This document shows, piece after piece, positions 41,001-48,253 of a DNA stretch of 64,000 nt (position 1 is its first letter; each line of letters starts with the position of its first letter). This DNA comes from an uncultured Solirubrobacterales bacterium (GTDB lineage: Bacteria; Actinomycetota; Thermoleophilia; Solirubrobacterales; 70-9). The stretch is taken from the NCBI GenBank assembly GCA_963704505.1, contig OY969912.1:2294927-2358926 (forward strand), in the 5' to 3' direction. The notes under the pieces were generated by a model. That model made no database searches. It was not told the origin of the DNA and worked only from the letters and a program-made list of their open reading frames with translations. A program made the translations under genes and the position numbers.

Positions 41001-41798
41001 GTGATCGATACTGTGCCCGCCGTGGCCGAGAGCCAAACGAGCGGAGCGGCGAGCCCGGGAAACCGGCCCCCACGGGGCGCGGTCGCCGTGGTCATCGTCG
41101 GCCTGGTCGCGACGCTCGCCGCCGCGGCCCTGGCCAACGAAAACCTGACCGGCCCCAGCGCCCGTCTGGAATGGGTTCAGTTCAAAAGGCTTCCTGACTC
41201 CAAATCTGTCCGCGTGCCGGGCGGCGCCGGCGAGATGCAGTTGACCAAGGTCGGCCTGCGCACCACGGGGACGAACATCAGCGGCTACTCCCTCTTCCAC
41301 AGCTCCGCACAGCTGAACATCGATGCCGGATCGCCGATCGGCGGGGGGCGGATCGAATGCTCGATGCGTGCCGGGGGCGGCGCCGAAGCCGCCCAGACCC
41401 CCGGCTCGCGCGCCACCTATCCCCGCTCGAGCGAAGACCTCGCCGAACAGGAAGTCCCGACCACGGTCCTGCTCGAATTCTCATCGCACGACAACAACCT
41501 GGCGAGCGTCGAAGTCGAAGACTTCGACAAGCCGTGGGCCTCGGAGCCTGGGATCAAACTCGAATGGCCCACTTACAAGCAGGGTGAAGAGCGCTGGCAG
41601 TGGTTCCTGCCCGCCGGCAAGCCGGCCAAGGACCTCGTGCTGCCCTTCTACGTGATCTGGAAGGCGACGAAGCCGCCCGCGTTCAAGGTCTCCTGCACGG
41701 TCACCACCAGCGCCGGGACGGCGACGACCGGTAGCGGCGGGGCCCTCGCGACGATCGGCGAACCGATCGCCGAAGAAGAAGGCGAAGAAGAAGAATAG
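41001..41798 (+). CDS. Hypothetical membrane-anchored protein with a poly-Glu C-terminus
   Basis: One N-terminal TM (AVAVVIVGLVATLAAAALA), a beta-rich ectodomain and a tail ending EEEGEEEE. GTG start. I recognise no family. Confidence 0.55.
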   Translation: MIDTVPAVAESQTSGAASPGNRPPRGAVAVVIVGLVATLAAAALANENLTGPSARLEWVQFKRLPDSKSVRVPGGAGEMQLTKVGLRTTGTNISGYSLFHSSAQLNIDAGSPIGGGRIECSMRAGGGAEAAQTPGSRATYPRSSEDLAEQEVPTTVLLEFSSHDNNLASVEVEDFDKPWASEPGIKLEWPTYKQGEERWQWFLPAGKPAKDLVLPFYVIWKATKPPAFKVSCTVTTSAGTATTGSGGALATIGEPIAEEEGEEEE

Positions 41799-41807
41799 AA
41801 GCGCCCT

Positions 41808-42605
41808 CTAGGGGGCGACCAGGAGGTCCGGCCCTTCTTCCGTGCCTTTGCCGACCTTGTTGAGCTTCGGGTTGGCCGGCGCCCCCTCCATGCGACCCGC
41901 GGCAAGCGGACCGCACATCTCGACCGCATCCTCAGCCGCCAGGTCCGGCCGCAGCCAGGCCGCCTCCGCCTCCGGGCTGCCGAGGATCACGGGCATCCGG
42001 TCGTGGACTTTGGCGACCACGTCGTTCGGCGTCGTCGTGACGATCGTGCAGGTGTAGAGCCAGCCGTCGTCGAACCCGCGGTCCTCCCCGTCATCCCACT
42101 CCTTGCGGGTGCAGAGGCCGGCGAAGGCGAAGGGCTCGCCGCCGTCGACGGTGAAGCGCCACGGCTGGCGCGGCTGCTTGGGGTCCTCGGCCTTCATCCA
42201 CTCGTAGAAGCCGTCGGCGACGATCAGACAGCGGTGGCGGAACTTGCCGACCAGCGGGCTGTAGGCGCGGCTGGAGGTGAGGTTCTCGGCTTTGGCGTTG
42301 ATCATCCGGTAGCCGACCTTGAGGTCCTTGGCCCAGCGCGGGACCAGGCCCCAGCGCATCAGGCGCGCCTCGCGCTCACCCCGAGCCGCCTCGTCGGTGT
42401 CGGGCGAGGAGCGCACGGTGAGGATCTCCTGGGTCGGGGCCACGTTGAAGCGCTCGAGGCCCTGGGCGACCTTCTTCGCGCGCTCCTTGGAGGGCGGCGG
42501 AGCCTCGCCCGCGGCGTTTCGCTCAAGCGCCTTCTCCAGCTCGACCTGGAACCGGTCGGCGATCTTCTTCGTGTCCTTCGTGGTGACCGTGAAGCGCCCG
42601 CACAT
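41808..42605 (-). CDS. yedK: SOS response-associated peptidase (SRAP/YedK family; abasic-site DNA-protein crosslinking)
   Basis: The true start MCGRF gives the catalytic Cys2. Conserved motifs are INAKAENL, FYEW and TIVTT. The 99-aa ORF-track extension is rejected. Confidence 0.88.
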   Translation of the reverse strand: MCGRFTVTTKDTKKIADRFQVELEKALERNAAGEAPPPSKERAKKVAQGLERFNVAPTQEILTVRSSPDTDEAARGEREARLMRWGLVPRWAKDLKVGYRMINAKAENLTSSRAYSPLVGKFRHRCLIVADGFYEWMKAEDPKQPRQPWRFTVDGGEPFAFAGLCTRKEWDDGEDRGFDDGWLYTCTIVTTTPNDVVAKVHDRMPVILGSPEAEAAWLRPDLAAEDAVEMCGPLAAGRMEGAPANPKLNKVGKGTEEGPDLLVAP

Positions 42606-42606
42606 C

Positions 42607-43572
42607 TCAGCTCCTCGCATCCGGGTTGTCGCGATACCACTCCAGCGTACGGCGCATGCCGTCGCGCAGATCGACCCCAGCCGTCCAGCCGGTCGCCTCG
42701 CGCAGCTTCGAGGAATCGACGAACTGGCGGTCGATCTCGCCCGCCGGGCTGCCGCTGCCCAGGTATTCGGGCTCGATCTCGCGGTCGCTGACCGCGGCGA
42801 TCGTGTCGAGCACCTCGGCGACCGAGTGCGGCCGCTCGCCGCCGGCGTTGAAGGCCTCCCCCGCCCCCGGCCCGCCGGCGCCCGTCGCCCCTTCGACCGC
42901 AAGGTAGGCGGCGACAGCGTCGTCGACGTAGAGGAAGTCGCGCTCGGGGCTGCCGTCGGAGCGGATCGCCGGGCGGCGGTCCTCGAGAACCGCCCGGATC
43001 GCCTCCGGGACCAGGCGCGAGTAGTTGAGGTCCCCTCCCCCGTAGACGTTGGCGAAGCGGGTCACGGCAACCGGCAGGCCGAAGGCCGGGCGGTAGCTGA
43101 GCGCGATCGCGTCGGCCGCCGCCTTGCTCGCCTCATAGGGAGACGCCGGGCGCAGCTGGGCGCCCTCGCGGTAGGGCAGCTCGTCCTGGGGACCGTAGGC
43201 CTTGTCGGAGGAGGCGACGACCACGGCGGGGACATCGGCGCGCCGGCAGGCCTCGAGCAGGACCCAGGTGCCGCGCACGTTGGCCTCGAAGGTCGCCGCG
43301 GGATCCTCCATCGCCGGGCCGACCAGGGTCTGCGCGGCGAGATGGAAGACCGAGTCGAACTCGCCCGCCGCCAGGGTCGCCCCGACCGCCTCGCCGTCAC
43401 GCACGTCGGCCTCGACCAGCTCGACCTCGGCCTCGATTCCCTGCAGGGAGAGCCCGGAGAGGGCGGTGCGCGGAAGATCGAGCACCGTCACCGTGTCGCC
43501 GCGACCGAGCAGGGCCCGGGCAAGGTGGGAGGCGATGAACCCGTGCCCGCCGGTGACCAGGGAGCGCTTCAC
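42607..43572 (-). CDS. NAD-dependent epimerase/dehydratase (extended SDR; NDP-sugar modifying)
   Basis: Rossmann motif VTGGHGFIASHL, catalytic YEASK, and ERDFLYVDD. The GTG start overlaps the upstream stop (GTGA). Confidence 0.88.
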   Translation of the reverse strand: MKRSLVTGGHGFIASHLARALLGRGDTVTVLDLPRTALSGLSLQGIEAEVELVEADVRDGEAVGATLAAGEFDSVFHLAAQTLVGPAMEDPAATFEANVRGTWVLLEACRRADVPAVVVASSDKAYGPQDELPYREGAQLRPASPYEASKAAADAIALSYRPAFGLPVAVTRFANVYGGGDLNYSRLVPEAIRAVLEDRRPAIRSDGSPERDFLYVDDAVAAYLAVEGATGAGGPGAGEAFNAGGERPHSVAEVLDTIAAVSDREIEPEYLGSGSPAGEIDRQFVDSSKLREATGWTAGVDLRDGMRRTLEWYRDNPDARS

Positions 43573-44318
43573 GGTGACCCGGCGGGGGACGGGGCCCAGG
43601 GATCCCAGGGTGCCTCCCCCGCGGCCCAGAGGTCGTCGAGGACGACGGCGTCCTTGTAGGTGTCCATGCAGTCCCAGAAGCCGGCGTGGCGATAGCCGCG
43701 GAGCTCGCCCGCGGCGGCGAGCCGGGCGAGCGGCTGGCGCTCGAGGACGCTCTGCTCGTCGAGGTAGTTGAAGACGCCCGGCTCGAAGCAGAAGAAGCCG
43801 CCGTTGATCCAGTGCTCGCTGCGTGGCTTCTCGACGAAGCCGTCGACCCGACCCTCCTCGTCCACCTCGGCCACCCCCCACTGCAGATGGGGCCGGACGA
43901 CGGTCATCGTCGCCAGGGCGCCCTCGTCACCGTGGAAGCCGAGCAGCCCGGCGAGGTCGACGTCGGCGACGCCGTCGGCATAGGTGGCGCAGAAGGGCTC
44001 CCCGCCGAGGCGCTCGGAGAGCTTGGCGATCCGCCCTCCGGTGGGCGTGTCGACGCCGGTGTCGACGCACTCGACCTCGATCGGCGTCGGCCAGTCCGCC
44101 TCGGCGACGAACCGCTCGACCATCTCCCCCAAATAGCCGGTCGCGAGCAGGAAGTGCTCGAACCCCTGCGCCGCATAGATCCCGATCACGTGCCAGAGGA
44201 TCGGCCGGCCGCCGATCTCGACCAGCGCCTTCGGCATCGTCTCGGTCCTCTCCCGCAGCCGCGTCCCGCGGCCCCCACAGAGGATTACGACCGGAGGCCT
44301 ACTGGCCAGGCCCGTCAA
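43569..44318 (-). CDS. rfbF: Sugar-1-phosphate nucleotidyltransferase, glucose-1-phosphate cytidylyltransferase (RfbF)-like
   Basis: VVILCGGRGTRLRERTETMPKALVEIGGRPILWHVIGIYAAQGF and WINGGFFCFEP are RfbF-like. The TTG start overlaps the MoaD-like stop (TTGA). Confidence 0.85.
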   Translation of the reverse strand: MTGLASRPPVVILCGGRGTRLRERTETMPKALVEIGGRPILWHVIGIYAAQGFEHFLLATGYLGEMVERFVAEADWPTPIEVECVDTGVDTPTGGRIAKLSERLGGEPFCATYADGVADVDLAGLLGFHGDEGALATMTVVRPHLQWGVAEVDEEGRVDGFVEKPRSEHWINGGFFCFEPGVFNYLDEQSVLERQPLARLAAAGELRGYRHAGFWDCMDTYKDAVVLDDLWAAGEAPWDPWAPSPAGSP

Positions 44319-44587
44319 CCCCCGGCGACGGCGGGCAGAATGGTCACCTCGTCGCCGTCGTTGATGTCGGTCTCGAGGCCCTGCTGGAAGCGGATGTCCT
44401 CGCCCTCGACGTAGACGTTGACGAAGCGGCGCAGGTCGCCGTCCTGGGTGATCCGCTCGCGGAGGTCGCCGTAGGTCTCGAAGACCGCGTCGAGAACCTC
44501 GCCGACGGTGCCGCCGGCGACCTCGACCTCGCCCTCGCCGCCCGTCGCGGCGCGGAGCTGGGTCGGGATCTTCACGGTGACACTCAT
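44315..44587 (-). CDS. MoaD/ThiS-family sulfur-carrier protein (C-terminal Gly-Gly)
   Basis: 90 aa with a beta-grasp-like sequence ending ...DGDEVTILPAVAGG-stop. ATGA overlap with the ThrC-like gene. Confidence 0.85.
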   Translation of the reverse strand: MSVTVKIPTQLRAATGGEGEVEVAGGTVGEVLDAVFETYGDLRERITQDGDLRRFVNVYVEGEDIRFQQGLETDINDGDEVTILPAVAGG

Positions 44588-45822
44588 CTGACCGCTACCT
44601 CCTGGGACTCGAACACGGACTGAAAGCTGTCGAGATCTGGGTCGATCTCGTGCATGTGGAATTTATCGCGGGTCGCGTCGAGGGTCTTCAGCCCCTCCCC
44701 GGTCAGGTAGACCACGACCCGTTCGCCGTCGTTCAGGTCGCCGCGTTCGGCGAGCTTGCGCAGGACGCCGACGGTCACCCCGCCGGCGGTCTCGGTGAAG
44801 ATCCCGGTGGTCTCGGCCAGCAGCCGGATCGCGTCGCGGATCTCGTCGTCGTCAACCGAGTCGATGCTCCCTTCGGTGCGGCGCGCGTGCTCGACCGCGT
44901 AGGGGCCGTCGGCAGGGTCGCCGATCGCCAGGCTTTTGGCGATCGTGTCGGGCTTCTGCGGCTTGCAGACGTCGGTGCCATCCGCGAAGGCGGTCGCGAC
45001 CGGGCTGCAGCCCTGGGCCTGGGCGCCGTTGAAGACCGGCTGGACGCCCTCGACCAGGCCGATGTCCAGCCACTCCTGGAAGCCCCGCCCCAGTTTCGTG
45101 AACAACGACCCGGAGGCGATCGGGCAGACGACGCGGTCGGGTAGCTCCCAGCCGAGCTGCTCGACGGTCTCATAGGCGAGCGTCTTCGAGCCCTCGGCGT
45201 AATACGGGCGCAGGTTGACGTTGACGAAGGCCCAGGGGTGGGTGTCGGCGAGCTGCGTGCAGAGCCGGTTGACGTCGTCGTAATTGCCCCGCACGCCGAC
45301 CAGGTTGGTGCCGTAGACGGCGGTCGCGAGCAGCTTCTGCTCCTCCAGATTGGCCGGGACGAATACGTAGGAGTCCAGGCCGGCGGCGGCCGCGTGGGCG
45401 GCGACCGCGTTGGCGAGGTTGCCGGTCGAGGCGCAGGCGACGGTGTCGTAGCCGAGCTCCTGCGCCTTGGCGACGGCGACCGCGACGACCCTGTCCTTGA
45501 ACGAGTGGGTCGGGTTTGCCGCGTCGTTCTTGATCCAGAGCTCCGCCTCGATCCCGAGCCGCTCGGCGAGCCGGTCGGCCCGCAGCAGGGGCGTCAACCC
45601 CGGCTCGAGCGGGTCGCCCGGCCGGCCCTCGAAGGGCAGGAAGTCGGCATAGCGCCAGATTCCCTGCGAGCCCGCCTGGATCCGCCGCTTGGCCTCAGCC
45701 GGTTCGAGCCCGGAATGGTCGTAGTGGACCTCGAGTGGCCCGAAGCACTTCTCACAGAAATAGTGGGCGCCGAGCTCGTAGGCGGTGCCGCACTCCTTAC
45801 ATCTCAAGCTGTCGATTGACAT
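44584..45822 (-). CDS. Threonine synthase-like PLP enzyme with an N-terminal Zn-ribbon
   Basis: CKECGTAYELGAHYFCEKC is a four-Cys ribbon. PLP-lysine motif NPTHSFKDR, plus ASTGN. The true ATG is at 45820-45822, preceded by a GGAAAGGA Shine-Dalgarno. The ORF-track start at 45981 runs through the riboswitch. Confidence 0.9.
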   Translation of the reverse strand: MSIDSLRCKECGTAYELGAHYFCEKCFGPLEVHYDHSGLEPAEAKRRIQAGSQGIWRYADFLPFEGRPGDPLEPGLTPLLRADRLAERLGIEAELWIKNDAANPTHSFKDRVVAVAVAKAQELGYDTVACASTGNLANAVAAHAAAAGLDSYVFVPANLEEQKLLATAVYGTNLVGVRGNYDDVNRLCTQLADTHPWAFVNVNLRPYYAEGSKTLAYETVEQLGWELPDRVVCPIASGSLFTKLGRGFQEWLDIGLVEGVQPVFNGAQAQGCSPVATAFADGTDVCKPQKPDTIAKSLAIGDPADGPYAVEHARRTEGSIDSVDDDEIRDAIRLLAETTGIFTETAGGVTVGVLRKLAERGDLNDGERVVVYLTGEGLKTLDATRDKFHMHEIDPDLDSFQSVFESQEVAVR

Positions 45823-45839
45823 CCGATCGAATCCTTTCC

Positions 45840-45877
45840 AAAACAGAAAAACCTCCGCCAAACTGTGGGGCAGAGGT
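45840..45877 (-). terminator. Intrinsic terminator forming the expression platform of the SAM-I riboswitch
   Basis: The minus strand reads ACCUCUGCC-CCACAGUUU-GGCGGAGGU followed by UUUUCUGUUUU. The loop and 5' arm (CCCCACA) can alternatively pair with the 3' strand of P1 (UGUGGGG), forming an anti-terminator. Confidence 0.75.
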
Positions 45878-45892
45878 CCGATCGGACATTCC

Positions 45893-46012
45893 CCACATCT
45901 TCCAGGCCCTGAACTGCTCGACCTGCTGGAGTTGGCACCTGTTCCGGACCTCTCGGTCCGACGTGGTTGCCGGGGCTTCACTGGGCCAGTCCCTCCACCC
46001 CTCTAGATGTGG
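45893..46012 (-). promoter_or_regulatory. SAM-I (S-box) riboswitch aptamer
   Basis: The minus strand reads CCACAUCUAGAGGGGUGGAGGGACUGGCCCAGUGAAGCCCCGGCAACC...CAGGUGCCAACUCCAGCAGG...CCUGGAAGAUGUGG. It matches the conserved SAM-I core (AGAG.GGUGGAGGGACUGGCCC..UGAA.CC.GGCAACC ... GGUGCCAA.UCC.GCAG ... GAAAGAUG). The P1 helix is 8 bp (CCACAUCU/AGAUGUGG). Confidence 0.9.
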
Positions 46013-46127
46013 CGCTTATGTGCAGGGGATCCTACCAGGGGCGAATTCCTTCAGTTTCGGCACCCGCCTGCGTTTAACCTAAGGCTGCCGATGCCCGACG
46101 AGACCGACACACAGATGAGCGCGAGCG

Positions 46128-47138
46128 ATGCCGAACCTGCCGAAGCCAAGGCTGCGCCGTCTTTCGGGACGCCGCGGCGAGCTCATCCACTCGGCTCAAC
46201 AGGCTGAGCCGCAGAAGCCCGACGTCGAGCAGATCGACGCCGCCGGCCTCCGCTGGGTGAACATCGAGCATCCCGGTGCCCTGGAGCGCGCCTGGCTCGA
46301 GGAGAACTTCGACTTCCACGCGCTCGACCTCGAGGACGTGCTCTCGCGCAACCAGCGGCCGAAGATCGACGTCTACGACGACTACCTCTTCATCGTCCTC
46401 CACTTCCCCGTCTTCGACCGCGCCGCCGGTCGCCTGGGCACCGGCGAGCTCGACGTCTTCGTCGGCCCCGGCTACCTCGTCACGATCCCGAACCAGCCGT
46501 TGCAGCCGGTCGAGTACCTGTTCGAGCGCTGCCGGGCGAAAGAGGAGATGCGCGACCAGCTCTTCACCCGCGGCTCGGGATACCTGCTCTACCGCCTGGT
46601 CGACGACAGCTTCGACTACTGCTTCCCGATGCTGCGCAAGATCGGCAACAAACTCGACGCGCTCGAGGACGACATCTTCGAGGGCCGCTCGGAGGAAGTC
46701 GTGCGTGACATCTCCAACGTCAAGCAGGAGATCATCAACTTCCGCAAAGTCATCCGCCCGCAGCGCCCCGTCCTCCAGGAACTCGAGAAAGTCAAGCAGC
46801 GCTACCTGGCGCCCGACCTCGACCTCGAGATCTACTTCGACGACATCGTCGACGCCCACGAGCGGATCTGGGACATGCTCGAGAACTACAAGGAGGTGGT
46901 CGAGGCGCTCGCAGAGACCAACGAGTCGGTGATCTCCCACCGTGTCAACGACATCCTGCGCGTGCTGACCTCGATCAGCGTCATCGTCCTCCCCCTCACC
47001 CTGATCGCCAGCATCTGGGGCATGAACTCCCACGTGCCGGGCGAGCAGAGCACCACCGGGTTCTGGATCGTGATCGGCTGCATGGCCGCGATCCTGATCG
47101 CGATGGTCGCCTACTTCCGCCGCCGCGGCTGGCTCTGA
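46128..47138 (+). CDS. corA: CorA-family magnesium/cobalt transporter
   Basis: Cytoplasmic domain plus two C-terminal TM helices with the GMN motif (IWGMNSHVPGE). Confidence 0.9.
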   Translation: MPNLPKPRLRRLSGRRGELIHSAQQAEPQKPDVEQIDAAGLRWVNIEHPGALERAWLEENFDFHALDLEDVLSRNQRPKIDVYDDYLFIVLHFPVFDRAAGRLGTGELDVFVGPGYLVTIPNQPLQPVEYLFERCRAKEEMRDQLFTRGSGYLLYRLVDDSFDYCFPMLRKIGNKLDALEDDIFEGRSEEVVRDISNVKQEIINFRKVIRPQRPVLQELEKVKQRYLAPDLDLEIYFDDIVDAHERIWDMLENYKEVVEALAETNESVISHRVNDILRVLTSISVIVLPLTLIASIWGMNSHVPGEQSTTGFWIVIGCMAAILIAMVAYFRRRGWL

Positions 47139-47234
47139 GCCGACCTAGGTACTAGAAAAGTCGCGGTCGGAAAAAGGTCCCATTGCGGACCGATCTGCCC
47201 CCCACCTAATGGTTTGTGCGCCTACTGTCGCTGC

Positions 47235-47702
47235 ATGGCTCGCTCCTGGAAGAACCTCGCTGTCGTGGTCGCCTGTCTTGCGGTCCTCGCCGGCGGCACG
47301 GCTCTCGCGGTTGCAGCCAAAGGCGGCGACACGAAAGGGAACGCGGCGACCACCCAGTACACCGGTGGGACGGGCTGCTCGCACGGCTACTGGAAGAACC
47401 ACTCGAAATCTTGGCCCGCGACCGGCTACTCGCTCACCGACAACTTCGACGCGGTCTTCGGCATCACCCACTACGGGACGCTGACCCTCGACCAGGCGCT
47501 GAACCTCAACGGCGGCGGCTTCAACGCCCTGGCCCGCGAGGCGACGGCGGCACTGCTCAACTCGAAAACGTCGACGATCAACTTCAAATACTCGAACGCG
47601 CAGGTGATCAAATTGGTCCAGGACTCCGTAGCGGCGAACGATCCCGAGCCGACCAAGGATGCGCTCGAGTCCGGCAACACCTCCGGCTGCAAACTGAGCT
47701 GA
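47235..47702 (+). CDS. Hypothetical secreted protein
   Basis: Signal peptide MARSWKNLAVVVACLAVLAGGTALAVAA, a motif GCSHGYWKNHSKSW and a C-terminal Cys. I recognise no family. Confidence 0.6.
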   Translation: MARSWKNLAVVVACLAVLAGGTALAVAAKGGDTKGNAATTQYTGGTGCSHGYWKNHSKSWPATGYSLTDNFDAVFGITHYGTLTLDQALNLNGGGFNALAREATAALLNSKTSTINFKYSNAQVIKLVQDSVAANDPEPTKDALESGNTSGCKLS

Positions 47703-47764
47703 CCCGCCGACCTTAGGTCGGCACCGTCTCTTCCGAGCCGCTCGTCGCCTAGCATGCCGACGAC

Positions 47765-48253
47765 GTGGCCAATTTCCGAATCTGGGCGCCCGATCGCTTC
47801 AAGTACGTGAAGGACGCGTCCAAGGACAACGAGGAGGAGTGCGTCTTCTGCGCCAAGCAGGCGGAGGATGACGACGAGGCGAACCTGATCGTCCACCGCG
47901 GCGAGCGCAGCTTCGTGATCCTCAACCTCTACCCGTACACGAACGGCCACCTGATGGTCACTCCTTACGAGCACATCGCCCGCCTCCAGGACATCGAGCC
48001 GGAGACGACGGCGGAGATGATGGCGCTCGCGCAGACGGCGATGGCGCGGCTCGAGCAGGTCTATGAGCCCCACGGCTTCAATGTCGGCCTCAACCAGGGC
48101 CGGGTCGCCGGCGCCGGGGTCGAGCACCACATCCACCTCCACATCGTCCCGCGCTGGGGCGGCGACACCAACTTCATGCCGGTGATCGCCGACACCAAGG
48201 TGATGCCCCAGACCCTTCAACAGAGCTACGAGGCACTCAAGGAGGCATTTTGA
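47765..48253 (+). CDS. HIT-family nucleotide hydrolase/transferase (Ap4A phosphorylase / GalT-like branch)
   Basis: CVFC zinc-type motif, LNLYPYTNGHLMV and the histidine triad HHIHLHIVPRW. GTG start. Confidence 0.85.
   Translation: MANFRIWAPDRFKYVKDASKDNEEECVFCAKQAEDDDEANLIVHRGERSFVILNLYPYTNGHLMVTPYEHIARLQDIEPETTAEMMALAQTAMARLEQVYEPHGFNVGLNQGRVAGAGVEHHIHLHIVPRWGGDTNFMPVIADTKVMPQTLQQSYEALKEAF

Noticed and set aside
45823-45981. N-terminal extension of the ThrC-like ORF (53 extra codons)
   Set aside because: This region is occupied by the SAM-I riboswitch expression platform and terminator. A Shine-Dalgarno (GGAAAGGA) precedes the internal ATG at 45822.
46013-46127. M-box or other riboswitch upstream of corA, and a promoter for the SAM-riboswitch transcript
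   Set aside because: The spacer is too short for an M-box, and I recognise none of its conserved segments. A TAGGAT -10-like hexamer exists on the minus strand but has no acceptable -35 partner, so I make no promoter call.
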